Source: Dictyostelium discoideum (Eukaryota). Taken from it: 64,000 nucleotides of DNA. Shown here piece by piece: positions 1-12,732 of the stretch; position 1 is the first letter of the stretch, and each line of letters starts with the position of its first letter. Below the pieces are notes generated by a model. The model made no database searches and had not been told where the DNA came from. It worked only from the letters and a program-made list of their open reading frames with translations. The DNA is taken from positions 512,001 to 576,000 of the forward strand of contig CM000152.2 of the NCBI GenBank assembly GCA_000004695.1. Direction: 5' to 3'. Position numbers and translations under genes: made by a program.

Positions 1-536
1 AAATTATAGCAATAAAAAAAAAAAAATTTTTAATTCACAAAAACGATAAAAATAAAAAAAATAAAAAAAAAATAATAAAAAAAATAAAAAAAAAATAAAA
101 ATCTTGGCGTTGGATATAAACTTTAACAAAATAAAATGAAAAAAGGGTTTTGTCTGATTGTCTTTTTAAAAAAGTAAAATTATTAAAATAATTATAATAA
201 TTATAATAATTATAATAATAACTATAATAATAATATATAGAATAAATAAAATTAAAAAATAAATAAAATTAAAAAAAATAAAAAAGGGTGTGAAGAATTT
301 TTTTTTTTTTTTAATAAATAAATTTACTCTTCTTCCCACCAAAAATAAAAAAAAAAAGAAAAAAAAAAAAAGGAGAATGGGATGTATAAAAAAAAGATAA
401 TTTTATTTTAAACTTTTTAATTCTATTTTTAATTTTATTTTTCATTTATTTTTATTTTTATTTTTAAATAAAATTAAATATGTTTTTTATTTTTTTTTTT
501 TTATATTTTTTTTTTATATTTTTTCATTGAATTAAA

Positions 537-1659
537 TTATTCATCTAGTTGATGAATTGGGAAATAAGTTTGTAAAAGTTTTCCATAAATTTGATAATCT
601 TCTTTGGTGAAGATACAAAATATAATTCTATCTATTTTTTTATGATGAATTTTCAACCAATTAGAGATGGTTGATAGGGCGATATGAGCAGCATCTAAAC
701 TTGGGAAACCATATACACCAGTTGCAATACAACAAAAAACAACAGTTTTGAGGTCATTTTTTAAAACGATATCCAAACAAGACTCGTAACATTTCTTTAG
801 AGTATCTGGATTTTTATCCATTGGACCAACAGTATGAATTACATATTTTGCTGGTAATCTATAACCTCTAGTGATTACTGCTTTACCAAAGTCACATCTA
901 CCAAAGACTTTACACTCCCTAACGAGACCAATACCAGCTGCCTTATGAATTGAGCCATCGATACCACCACCACCCAACAAAGAGGGTCTGGCTGCATTCA
1001 CAATTGCATCGACTTCCAATGTTGTAATATCACCACCAAATAAACAAAGTTTTTTATTCAAATATGCACTTGGCTCGATCTCATTATTTGGTTTTGGAAC
1101 TCTATGTCTGTTATTCTCTAAAAATTGATACCAACTCGTTAATTGATCCCATGTTTTATAATCGTTACCACAAACATATAATTTTCTTTTCTTTTCTCTA
1201 AATTTAGGATCACTCATATCTAAATCATCTGCCATCATATCTTCTTCACTCTCACCTATACTATTTGAACTTGATGATTCAAATAAACTTTCATCATTAA
1301 ATTCCATTTCATATTTCTTTTTATTTGTTTGTTGTTGCTGTTTACTAATACTATCAAAATCTTTATTATTATTATAATTATTACTATTATTGCTATTACT
1401 ATTACTATTATTATTATTATTCTTTTGAAATGGTTTAAAACTAGCTACAATTTCACGTTTTATATTTCTCCTTTTAGTTGTATCATCAGTTCTTCTTTGA
1501 ACAAAAGCATTATAATCTATAATTTTATCCTCTTTTCCAATTCTAATTATTAAAGATTTTTCTGCATTTTGGTATCCACATTCAATAGTTTCATTTATTT
1601 CTGAATTATATTCTTCCCAACCTGAATCACTTTGCCAATACCATTTACCTGAACCTTGA

Positions 1660-1730
<71 letters not shown>

Positions 1731-2700
1731 GTTATTATTATTATTTGATGAAGAGGATTTTTGAGTAGTTGATGAAGTTGTATTTGTATTTGATGTTTTT
1801 GGTGGTGTTGTTGTTGTTGGTTTTAGTGGTACATTAGAAGTTGTTTTTGGAGTTGAAGTTGTATTTGTATTTGTTGTTTTTATTGGTTCACCTTTTCTAA
1901 CAGGTCTAACTTTTTGGTTATCATCATATCTTCTTTGAAGTAAATTCTCTAAATCTACAAATCTATCATCATCAATTTGACATCTTTTATTTCCTTTTTT
2001 AACTGATTCATCCAATTTTTGAGAATCTGAATCTGAATAATCTCTCCATGTTCCATTATCTTCTCTCCATTGCCATTTTTTACTATTATTATTATTATTA
2101 TTATTGTTGTTGTTGTTGTTATTGTTGTTGTTGTTGTTGTTATTGTTGTTGTTATTGTTGTTGTTACTGTTCCTGCTGTTACTGCTGCTGTTATTATTAG
2201 ATGGTGTTGATGGCTTTGGGGGTGTAGTACTACTTTTAAACATTGAAAATGCATTACTAAATTTAGAATTTTGATTGCTTGAGGAAGAACTTGAATTTGA
2301 ATTTGAATTTGAATTTGAATTTGAATTTGAACCTGGTTTAAATTTAGATTGTTCACCAGTTAAAGAATTTGGAACAGAAGATAATGGTAAATTAATTGGA
2401 ATTCTACGAATTTCTCTTTGTTTTAAAAGTGAATCATATCTTTTTTGTTTAAAAGTTTTAAAGTCGATATATCTTTCTTCATCGATTCTAATATCTTTTG
2501 ATTGTTTTTTATAAGCTTCTTCAATTTGATACATCTTTTCAACATCATAACTCTCCCAACCACTATCGGATCTCCATTGCCATCTATTTGCCAATTCATC
2601 AGAGTTTATTACTGGTTTTGATTGACTTGCTAATTCCTCTTCAATTGATTCATAAACAGATGGATCAATATCAATATCATCATCATCATCAATTTGAATA

Positions 2701-2744
<44 letters not shown>

Positions 2745-2791
2745 GTTATTGTTATTGTTATTATTTGTCTTTTTAAATGGTTGTGGATTAC

Positions 2792-2846
<55 letters not shown>

Positions 2847-3209
2847 GTTATTATTATTGTTATTGTTGTTGTTATGATCATTATCATCAAATTTTCTTTT
2901 TTGTACAGATTTTGGTGTTAAAATTACAGCATTATTAATTTTAACTCTAGAGTCTAAATCTTTTGGTGTTTCAGTCTCTTCATCACTATAAACAAATGTA
3001 CCTTCATCTTTTTTATTTTTGTTGTAATTGTTATTATTATTATTTTTATTATTATTTGATTGATTAAAGAATGATAAATCGTCTGTGTCTTCGTCATTGT
3101 TGTTATTATTATTTCCATGTGGTTGTTGGGAATTTGAGTTATTTGAGCTATTTGAATAAAAACTTCTCATTTTATTACCAAAACTATTTGTTTTATCATC
3201 ATTTGACAT
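537..3209 (-). CDS. Three WWE domains followed by a C-terminal MacroD-type macro domain (ADP-ribose/poly-ADP-ribose reader-hydrolase candidate), 890 aa, single exon
   Basis: Single uninterrupted ORF. It contains three copies of the WWE signature: W-x-W-R/Q-SDSGWE-x-Y...R-x-D (RWQWRSDSGWESYD, KKWQWREDNGTWRDYSDSD, GKWYWQSDSGWEEYNSE), each followed by an I-D-x...QRRYDD-like tail. The C-terminal 170 aa (GDITTLEVDAIVNAARPSLLGGGGIDGSIHKAAG...GYRLPAKYVIHTVGP...VFCCIATGVYGFP) align almost residue-for-residue with human MacroD1/MacroD2 catalytic macro domains. Poly-N, poly-T and poly-S linkers are typical of Dictyostelium. Confidence 0.85.
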
Positions 3210-3487
3210 TTTTTAATGTATAAATTGGAAACAAAAAGATATTTTTTTTTTTTTTCAACAAATATTTTTTAAAAAAAAAAAAAAATTTTAGAAAAATAAT
3301 TGAAAAAAAAAAAAAAAATTATAAAAAAAAATCTTGGCGGGATTTTTCTAATAAAAAAAGAAATTTATAGAATTTAATAAATTACTTTTATTTTATTTTT
3401 TTTTTTTTTTATTATTTTTTTTTTTTTTTTCTAAAATTATATTTTGGTTGACTAATAATAATTAATAGTTATTATATTTTTGATTGA

Positions 3488-3814
3488 CTAATAATAGTTA
3501 TTATATTTGATTGACCAATATAAAATTGCAATTAAGACGGTATACAAAGAGAAGAGACATATTGAAGCGAAACCAATCTTCTTTATAGTTCCAGATTGAG
3601 TATTGAACACGTAGAAACTTGAGAAAAAGAATGGAAAGTAGAATATGAATCCCAAAACGAAAATCATAATTGAATAAAATACATCATGGGCAACAACATC
3701 TTCTGGAGCTATTAAACTGAATTTTCCAACTTGTTTTGAATCGATTGAACTTTTTTTAGTTAAATACATTGAATTATTCATTGAGTCATTTGATGAATTG
3801 TTAATTTCATTATA

Positions 3815-3847
<33 letters not shown>

Positions 3848-3892
3848 TGGATTTGAATTACTGTTACCTTCAATATCAATATCTATTCCTGC

Positions 3893-3895
<3 letters not shown>
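3488..3895 (-). CDS. Small hypothetical protein, 135 aa, with an N-rich N-terminus and two or three predicted transmembrane helices in the C-terminal half
   Basis: ATG-initiated ORF with a poly-Asn tract and a hydrophobic C-terminal half (IMIFVLGFIFYFPFFFSSFYVF, ICLFSLYTVLIAILYW). The last codons overlap a local ~30-bp tandem repeat at 3440-3520. There is no recognisable domain and a spliced extension is not excluded. Confidence 0.4.
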
Positions 3896-3926
<31 letters not shown>

Positions 3927-4407
3927 TATATTATTATTATTATTATTATCTATAACTATGAACTTTAAAATAAATAAAATTTTAAAATTTTTTTTATTTT
4001 AAAGAAAATTTTTTACAATATTAAATTAATTTAATTTAATAATTGATTTTCATTTTTAATTTTTATTTTTTATTTAATTATTAATATTCCAAAAAAAGTA
4101 AAAAGTTTTTTTTTTTTTTTTTATTTTTTTATTTTTTTTTTTTTATTTTTTATTTTTTTTTTTTTAATTTACTAATTAAATTATATTTTTTATTTTATTT
4201 TATTTTATTTTTTTTATTAATTTATTTATTTATCTAATAATTAGTAAGTGAAAAATATAATCACTTTTTTAATAAAAATTTTTTTTTTTTAATTTTTTTT
4301 CTTTTGTTATTATAAAATATTTAATTTTTTTTTAATTTTTTTTCTTTTAATTAAATTTCATAAATGTAACAAAAATAAATAAAAAAAAAAAAAAAAAAAA
4401 AATAAAA

Positions 4408-4438
<31 letters not shown>

Positions 4439-4516
4439 AAAAAATTTCAAATACTTTATTTAACTGAGATACATATTTATATATTGGTTTTGATAGTTTA
4501 AAATAATAATAATAAA

Positions 4517-5431
4517 ATGGCAAATAATAATATTGAATTTGAGGATTGGTATTCAATTTTAAATGTTGAACAAGATGCAACGACAACACAAATTCAAAAT
4601 GCATATAGAAAGTTAGCAAGGAAATACCATCCAGATAAAAACAAATCACAAGAGGCAGTGATAATGTTTGAAAAAATCTCTATTGCCAATACTACATTAT
4701 GTGATGAAAATAAACGTATAATTTTCGATTCACAATTATTAGCTAAAAAAGAAAAGAAACGAAAAGAACAAGAAATGGATAACGTTAGAAGGAAAATGAA
4801 ACAAGATCTATTTGAAAGAGAAAACCAATTTAAAAAGAGAAGAGAGAATGATACAAATTCAAAAAGGAATGTTGAAATGGAAAATGAACAATATAGACAA
4901 AATTATATAAATGAATTAAAGAGACAATCACAACAACAACAACAACAGCAACAATATACAAGTGACGAATATTCTCAAGAAAGTTTAGTAATTAAATTAA
5001 AATGGAAGAGTAGGTTAGCATATACAAAAGATCAAATTATTGATATACTATCTAGTTATGGTACTGTTGATACCTTTACAATGGTTGATAATTCTACATC
5101 ATCCTATACGATTGCTTTAGCAACCTTTACACAATTAGAATCTTTATATCAAATTATAGTAAGAAAAGAAGATTTAAAAATGAATTTTAATATAAAAATT
5201 GAAAGATTAAAAGGAACGACTACTGATAGTAATGGTGGTAATTCTAGAAGTACCACCACTACCACCACTACAACCACCACTACCACAACTACTTCATCAT
5301 CATCATCATCGACAAATTCAAACTTTAATACAACAACAACCACAAAAACATCATGTAACAATATTTTAATAGATGAAGATGAAGAAGATGATATTTTATC
5401 AAAAATGAAGAATTTTAAAAAAAATATTTGA
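4517..5431 (+). CDS. DnaJ (J-domain) protein with a C-terminal RRM-like region, DNAJC17-like, 304 aa
   Basis: The N-terminal J domain carries the invariant HPD motif (DWYSILNVEQDATTTQIQNAYRKLARKYHPDKN...). A central charged coiled-coil region is followed by an RRM-like segment (LVIKLKW...QIIDILSSYGTVDTF). A poly-Thr/poly-Ser tail follows. Single ORF, ATG start. Confidence 0.8.
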   Translation: MANNNIEFEDWYSILNVEQDATTTQIQNAYRKLARKYHPDKNKSQEAVIMFEKISIANTTLCDENKRIIFDSQLLAKKEKKRKEQEMDNVRRKMKQDLFERENQFKKRRENDTNSKRNVEMENEQYRQNYINELKRQSQQQQQQQQYTSDEYSQESLVIKLKWKSRLAYTKDQIIDILSSYGTVDTFTMVDNSTSSYTIALATFTQLESLYQIIVRKEDLKMNFNIKIERLKGTTTDSNGGNSRSTTTTTTTTTTTTTTSSSSSSTNSNFNTTTTTKTSCNNILIDEDEEDDILSKMKNFKKNI

Positions 5432-5462
5432 TCAATAAATAAGTAAATTTATTATAATTTTA

Positions 5463-7124
5463 TTATGTAGTAGTATTATTATTATTATTATCATCTTCGT
5501 CATCATTATTTTTTTTATTATTATTATTATTATTATCATCATCATCATGATCAATTTGATTATTTTTATTTTGAAATTTATTTTTTAAAAAACTAATTGG
5601 TTTTACTTCAGAAACTTGAACTATTCTATTGATACGATTTGATTCCTCTTCTAGGAGATCACCTAAAAGTTGAATTTGTTCAAATTGATCTTTTGAGAGA
5701 TCAGCAGAGATTAAAGGACAACCCCATAATGGAGCACGTTTACCAGTTGCTTCCTCTTGAACATTTTGTTGTAATTTACATAATTTAATTTGATGATCTT
5801 CTAATTGATCTCTTAATAATAAAAGATTATTTAATAATGATTGATTCTCTTGCTCCTTTATCATACGTTCCATTACCAAACGTTCGAATCTTTGATTTGA
5901 TAATTCCTGTGTGTACATATTTAACATTGATTCCAAATGAAACTCTTTACTGATATTAACACGCTCTTGCTCTGCCAATTCTTTGACTTGCTCCAATAGC
6001 AATTGGTTTTCAGATTTCTCTTTTTTTGAAACCACTTTCTTTGTGGCCATCTCATAGGCATTGTAAAACATGGATGTGTACAACATCACGGTACGGTCGT
6101 CGGCATTGCCATTGACAAGGTCCTCGGCATCCAACAATTTGGGGATATTGAGATTCTTTTCTGCAAAATCAAATACCGCATTCAAACGTGCAATTGAATC
6201 CAATCCCTCCAAGCCGTCCAACTGGCTGAACGACAACTCCTCGCTCCCCAACACCCCGCCCCTCAAATTGGCACCCTCCAATGCCAAATCCGATGTACTC
6301 GATGGGAATTGTGAGAACTGTCTTGCCATTGATAAAAATGCTAAACCATCTTTAAAACCATTTTTAAATTGTGTGACATTCATACCTGTTAAATTTGAAC
6401 ACCATGCTAATAAATTATTCTCTGCTTCTGTTTGTTCCATTGACACTTGATGATTATTGGAAGATGGTGATGATGATGATTCACCACCACTACCACCATT
6501 GGCACGAATACCTAATATTCTAAACTTTCTATATAATGACCATAAAAATCCAAATATCATCTTTTTATTACCATCATAAAAATCTTCTGCACCAATTGAT
6601 GAAATACTTCTAATCTTTATATCTAATTCTTCTTCAATAAACCATAATGCAATTGTAATATTTTGAATTCTATTAATCTTTTTATTAATTTATTAATAAA
6701 TATATATAATTTTTTTTTTTTTTTTTTTTTTTTAAAAAATTTACTTACTTTATCTTTTGGTTCTGGGTTAAATTTTCTTCTACATTTTTTATTTGAAACC
6801 AATTCTAAGAAATATATTAATTTAGTACCATCAGAAAAATCAGTTGAAATATTTTCAATCTTTAAATTCTTTTTTGATAATAAAGAATTAACCCAACTAA
6901 GAAATGCCTTTTTAAAAAAAAAAAAAGAGTAAATATTTTTTTTTTTTTTTTTTTTTTTTTAGATCTATTACAATTTATCACCAAATTATAAAAAATAAAA
7001 TAAAAATAAAAATAATAAAATAACATACTTTTTCTTGTGCACTCTCCCATCTACTTTGAGCAAGTTGAGTTTGTGATATTGGTTGGGTAGAAGTACTTCC
7101 TTCTGCTGATGTTGATGTAGACAT
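5463..7124 (-). CDS. Cortexillin-family actin-bundling protein: tandem calponin-homology (CH1+CH2) actin-binding domain + coiled-coil rod + acidic N/D-rich tail. Three exons (approx. 7124..7029, 6907..6749, 6677..5463), about 490 aa
   Basis: Exon 1 (MSTSTSAEGSTSTQPISQTQLAQSRWESAQEK) ends at a GTATGT donor. Exon 2 encodes AFLSWVNSLLSKK...DGTKLIYFLELVSNKK (the CH1 start) and ends at GTAAGT. Exon 3 continues INRIQNITIALWFIEEEL...KKMIFGFLWSLYRKFRI (the CH1 end), then CH2 (LLAWCSNLTG...DGLAFLSMARQF...DSIARLNAVFDFAEKNLNIPKLLDAEDL...TVMLYTSMFYNAYE), then about 170 aa of heptad-rich coiled coil. The order and many residues match D. discoideum cortexillin I/II as I recall them ([52 protein letters not shown]). 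Confidence 0.8.
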
Positions 7125-7366
7125 TTTAAATAAATAAATAAAAAAACATATACAAAAAAAAAAAAAAATTAACAAGAATTTATAAAAAAAAAAAAAAAAA
7201 AAAAAAATAAAAATAACAAAAAAAAAAAAAAAAAAAATAAAAATAAAAATAATATTTTTTTTTTTTTTTTTTTAAATATTTTTTTTTTTTGGGATAAATA
7301 TCTTTTTTTTTTTTTTTTAAAAAAAAAAACAAAACACTTCTTTATTCAAATAATGGACGATGTTTT

Positions 7367-7401
<35 letters not shown>

Positions 7402-7531
7402 GGGTATATTAATACATATGTTTTTGTTTTTTTTTTTTTTCTAAAAATAAAAATAATTTATATATTTTTTTTTTTTTTTATATATTTATTTATTTATTTA
7501 TAGATTTATAGATTTATATTTAAATATCTAT

Positions 7532-7800
7532 TTATAGATACCCAATTGTAATATTATTAATTTTTGAAAAACTAACTAATCGTTTTAAAGGACTATTTTG
7601 TGATAAAGAAGAATTTGATAAAATTGTATTTGATTCTAAATTTAATTGGGTAATTTGAGTATTATTTTTTAAAGTATTCAAAACTAACTCTATAATTTCA
7701 TTTGAAAATGTTATTTGATTTTGTGATAAATTTAATGATTTTATATATTTAAAATCATTTGAATCGTTTAAATTTGTAATTATATAATTATTATTATTAT

Positions 7801-7832
<32 letters not shown>

Positions 7833-9243
7833 TTCGTATTTAATTCGAGTGATTGTTGTTCACTATTTGGTTGTTGTTGTTGTTGTTGTTCTTGTTGATG
7901 TTCTAATTCTAAATCGTAATCAAATTGATTTGATAATAAATTAATTAAACCTTTATTACCAATTTTATTTAAAGATAAATTTAAATGTTCTAAATTTTTA
8001 GACTTTTTTAAAACTCTATAGAAATAGATACAACCTTGTTCGCCAATATCATTCATTGAAAGATTTAAAGATTTGATTGTATTGTTTTTTAATAAACTTT
8101 TACATAATATTTTTGAACCATTTGAATCGATTTTATTCGATGAGAGATTAATATTTTCAATGGAACGATTGAAAGAGAGGGCACGTGATATCTCTTTGGT
8201 GCCCTCCAATGTGAGAGAATTCGATGATAGATCAATGGTTACAATCGAGCATAACGATAGGGATAAAGCATTCGTTATGAATTTTATACCTTGTTCTTGT
8301 ATGGAATTTCTAGTTAAATTGATTGATTTTATGTATTGATTAGTTTCCAATGCTTTACCAATCCCATTTGCGCCGTCGTTGCCTAACGAGTTGCCCCATA
8401 GGTCGATTTCCACAAGGGATCGATTGTCCTTGAGGTATTGGCAAATGTAGTTACTGCCCTTGCTTCCTATAGAGTTGCATCTTAGATCCAACTCTGTTAT
8501 GGTCTTATTCTGGGACAGGGCCTCGCCGATCTCCTTGGCCCCCAAATCCCCGATTTCATTATTACTCAAGGATAATTTAATCAACGAGCACGAGTAGGGC
8601 AGGCCCTTGGCCATCTCAATAGTGCCCTCCTCCATGAGTAGGTTGTAGGATAGTATGATCTCTTGTAAACTTTGATTCTTTTTAAATAGCTCGCATAGCG
8701 GCTTGCCGCTGGCCTTGGTCAAATCGCAGTATGATAATCCTAAGAACTTCAATTTGCTACCACTCTCCTCCAATGCCATTGCCAAGTTCTTAAATCCAAT
8801 ATCACCAATCTTATTTGAAAATAAATTTAAATGTGTCAATTGTTTCATACTCTTTTTTATAACTTCAATATATTCAAGATTCATTGCTTCCCCTCCAATA
8901 ACTTTCAATTGTTTCAATGAGTCCATCCTTTTCATCATTTTAAAACTTTCAATCGCTGGTAAATATTTACATCTATCTAATTTTATACTCTCCATCACTG
9001 ACATTCCAATAGTATTCCATAATTTACTTGTACCCAATATATTTATAAATTCTTTATGATTTGGTGTTTCAATTTTAAATTGTTTAATTAATAATTTAAA
9101 TATATTTCCTAAAATTTCAATTGGTAATTCATTTATATTATCATTTTCAATATTATTATTATTATTATAATTATAATTATAATTATAATTATGATAATTA
9201 TGATAATTATTATTATTATTATTATATATTCTATTAATTATAA

Positions 9244-9274
<31 letters not shown>

Positions 9275-9406
9275 TCCTTTAAAAAATATTTTAATCTTTT
9301 TTGATAAATTCAATTTTTTTAATTTTTTTGTTTTATTATTATTATTATTATTATAATTATTATTATTATTATAATTATTTATTATATCATTTTCGTTTGA
9401 TATCAT
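7532..9406 (-). CDS. F-box protein with ribonuclease-inhibitor-type leucine-rich repeats (FBXL/NLRC3-like LRR domain), 624 aa
   Basis: An F-box-like motif (INELPIEILGNIFKLLIKQF) follows the N-rich N-terminus. It is followed by at least 12 RNI-type 28-aa LRRs (LxxLxLSxNxIGDxGAKxIGEALSQNKTITELDLRCNSIGSKG...). A second poly-N/Q low-complexity region lies near the C-terminus. Single ORF. Confidence 0.8.
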
Positions 9407-10674
9407 TTCTTTTTCTAAAAAAAATGGTATGAAATTGAATAATAATTAATATTAATATTAAAAAGAAAGATTTATAGGTTTTTTTTTTTTTTTTTTTTTT
9501 ATTTAAGTTCTCTATTTTATTTTTTTTATTATTTTTTTTATTTTTTCCACATCATTAAAGAGAAAAAAAATATTAAAAATAAAATAAAATAAAATAATTA
9601 AAAAAAAAAATATTAAATTAAATGAATGTGTGAGTTTATAACATACAATTGTTTTTTTTTTTTTTTTTTTTTTTTTTTAATGTTTAAATAATTTATTTTT
9701 AATTCTTTTATTATTATTTTTTTTTTTTAACCTTTTGGTAACTATTTTTTTTTTTTTTTTTTTTTTTCTTTTTTTTAAATATATTTATTTCTATTTTTGT
9801 TAAAAGAGTTGGTATTTATAGCAGCTGTGTGAACACATTAAAAAAAAAAAAAAACAAAACGAGTATTGGCAATTTTCTAATTTGGTATTGTGTGGTTTAT
9901 GTGTGGTAGTGGTGGAATTAATTATATATTGTCTGAAAAAATAATAATAATAATACAAAAAAAAAAAAAAAAAAAAATTTAATTTATAACAAAAACGATA
10001 ATTTTTTTTTTTTTTTCTTTTATTATTTTAATTTTTGATTTTTTTTTTTTTTTTTTGTTTTTCTTTTTCTTTTTTTGATTTTTTTTTTTCCAAAAGGTTA
10101 TATTATATTAATTAGTTAATTAATTGAGACAATTCATTTAAATGCATATGTTGCAACCCGGTGTTTTTTTAAAAAATGAAAAAATGAAAAGGTTTGAAAA
10201 TATTGTGAACAAAATTGAAACGAAAAAATCAATATTAAGCTAAAAAAGTGATTACGCACACGGAATCTATTAGAAATTTGATCCATTGCCTTTTAAAAAA
10301 TAAAAAAAATGAAAAAAAAATAAAAAAAAAATTAAAAAAAAAAAAAAAATTAAAAAAAAAAAAAAAATTTTCCTGTGATGCCACTTACAATTGAAAACTT
10401 AATAAGAGGGTAACAAATACGAATTTTTTTTTTTTATTACAATCCAAACCATTAAATAAATATCTTTTTTTTTTTTTTTTATTTTTTAAATTTCTATTTA
10501 TTTTAAATAAAAAAAAATAAAAAAAAAAAAAAAGAAAAAAAAAAAAATAAATAAAAAAAAAAAATAATTTTGAAAAAAAAAAAAAAATAAAATTAAAAAA
10601 ATATAAAAAAATATTTAAAGATATTTAATTATTAAAAATCTAAAAAGTGTGATAGGGGATTATTTTGAAATTTT

Positions 10675-10706
<32 letters not shown>

Positions 10707-11140
10707 TTTTTTTAACAGCAAAAAATTTAAAAGAAATCTTCAAAGATTGTCGGCTATTTGAGTAATTTTCGTACGCACAGTTTTAATAGATAAAATAAAA
10801 AATAAAAAATAAATGTAAAAAAAAAAAAAAAACAACAGACGAACCAAGAAAAAACGCAGAGTAATTGGTTAACTATTTAATGTTTCATAATTGGGAAGCA
10901 TCCACATATCAACGTAATTGAAAATGATTAGGCTGCCAGAAGAACATCAGATGGCCAATATATTGGTCTAAACTTTGAAAATGTGTGGAAATTAACTAAA
11001 CGATCCCATTAGATACAAACAATTAGAGTTCCACTTTAGATTTACCTCGAAAACATAACGCAATAGAGAAAAAAAAAAAAAAAAAATAAAAGGGTACAAA
11101 GATATTTATTAGACAACCAGTTTAATTTTAATTTTTTAAA

Positions 11141-11580
11141 AAAAAAAAAAAAAAAAAGATATTTTGGTGTATTTTTAAATTTGGAATAATTTTTTTAAAA
11201 CTAAAAATATAAAAAAAAATACCCCCATGTTTACATTCCCGGCGGTTATTGGATATTATTAAAAATCTATTTGGGTTTTCGTATTTTTTTTTTTATTATT
11301 AGAATAAAATTAATTCGGTTCCGCTCTCAAAGTTTGCGTTAAACAAATTTTTTTTTTTTTTTTTTTTTTTTAATTTTGTTTTGTTTTGATTTGTTTTTTT
11401 TTTTTTTTCAATTTTATTTTATTATTTTATTTTATTTTTAAAAAATAAATTTATTATAATGTGTTATTTAATATTAATTCAAATGTTTTTTAATCATTTG
11501 AATTTAAATATCAGATGTTTTAATTGTTTTTTAGTTGAATTAAAATATCAGATGTTTTAATGATACAAGTGACATATCAA
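11141..11580. repeat. Copy A of a ~440-bp segmental duplication (partner at 13420..13750); it contains an internal 35-bp sub-duplication (aaatatcagatgttttaattg appears twice)
   Basis: Direct comparison of the two copies shows shared blocks, including cccatgtttacattcccgg(c/a)ggttattgga, attttcgtattttttttttattattagaataaaa(t)taattcggttccg, and ttaaaaaataaatttattataatgtgtt...taatattaattcaaatgttttttaatcatttgaatt(t)aaatatcagatgttttaat. Identity is roughly 85%, with poly-T length differences and indels. Confidence 0.8.
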
Positions 11581-12645
11581 AATAATAATGATATTCCTCA
11601 TAGAAACTATTTAATAGTTTAGTAAAACCTTCTTTATTATCTAATTCATAGGTAAATGAATTTAAAGTACAATTACAATGAATTAAAATATAATCCAATA
11701 AAGTTTTATTGTATCCAACTAAAAATGATTTACTTGTATTATGAGAATGATCAATAACCTTTTTTAATGAATTTAATTCTCTTGGTGGATAATAATTAAA
11801 ATTCATTGCTAATGGATGGGCTTCATCACTTTCATCTAATTGAGCATAAATATCAGATTTAACAATTAATTTCTCTAAATGACTAAATGAATCTTTAATC
11901 TTGGAGTATGGTGTAGTTCTAATGATTGTTGTATAATATTGATTTTTTAAAAATCCATTATTATTATTATAATAAAAAATATTGAATTTATTATATCTAT
12001 GTTCTTTTACTGAATTTAAATAGGTATCAAGAATATCACTTTTATAATTACTTAAAATTTTTGATAATAGTTTTAAAAAATCCCAACAAACCATTGAAAT
12101 ATTCTTTACACTATTCCAAATTATTTGTTCAAATTCATTATTTTTTTTATCAATTATAAAATCTTGATTTAAAACCCTTTTTATAATTTTTGAAATTAAA
12201 ATATAATTATTAATCAATTTTAATGATGATTCACCATGGTTGATGGTTGTATCCATAGTTGTTGTTGTTGTTATTGTTGTTGTTGTTGTTATTGTTGTTG
12301 TTGTTGTTGTTGTTATTGTTGTTGTTGTTGTTGTTGTATTAGGTTCGTTATCATCATTATTATTATTATCACTAATATTATTATTAATTTTTAAATATTT
12401 ATTTATAACTGATACAAATATTCCAACTTTTCTTGGTTTTCCACCTGGTAAACAACGTATAGTTGAATAACCATTTGCAACTTAAATTGATTTTAATAAA
12501 TCTACTTGGTATTGATTTTTAATATTCATTTTTTCAATTGTTTGAGGTAAAACTTTAACAAAAGAAAGATTTAAAACTGAATCACTACTAATTAAAGATG
12601 ATAATTTATCCTATTATTAAATTATAATAATTATTAATGTTAATA

Positions 12646-12732
<87 letters not shown>

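Noticed and set aside
1329-2921. Multiple small ORFs on both strands inside the WWE-macro gene (poly-Ile, poly-Thr, EFEFEF and poly-Tyr translations)
   Set aside because: They are alternative-frame or antisense readings of AAT/ATT/TTG coding microsatellites and have no independent coding evidence.
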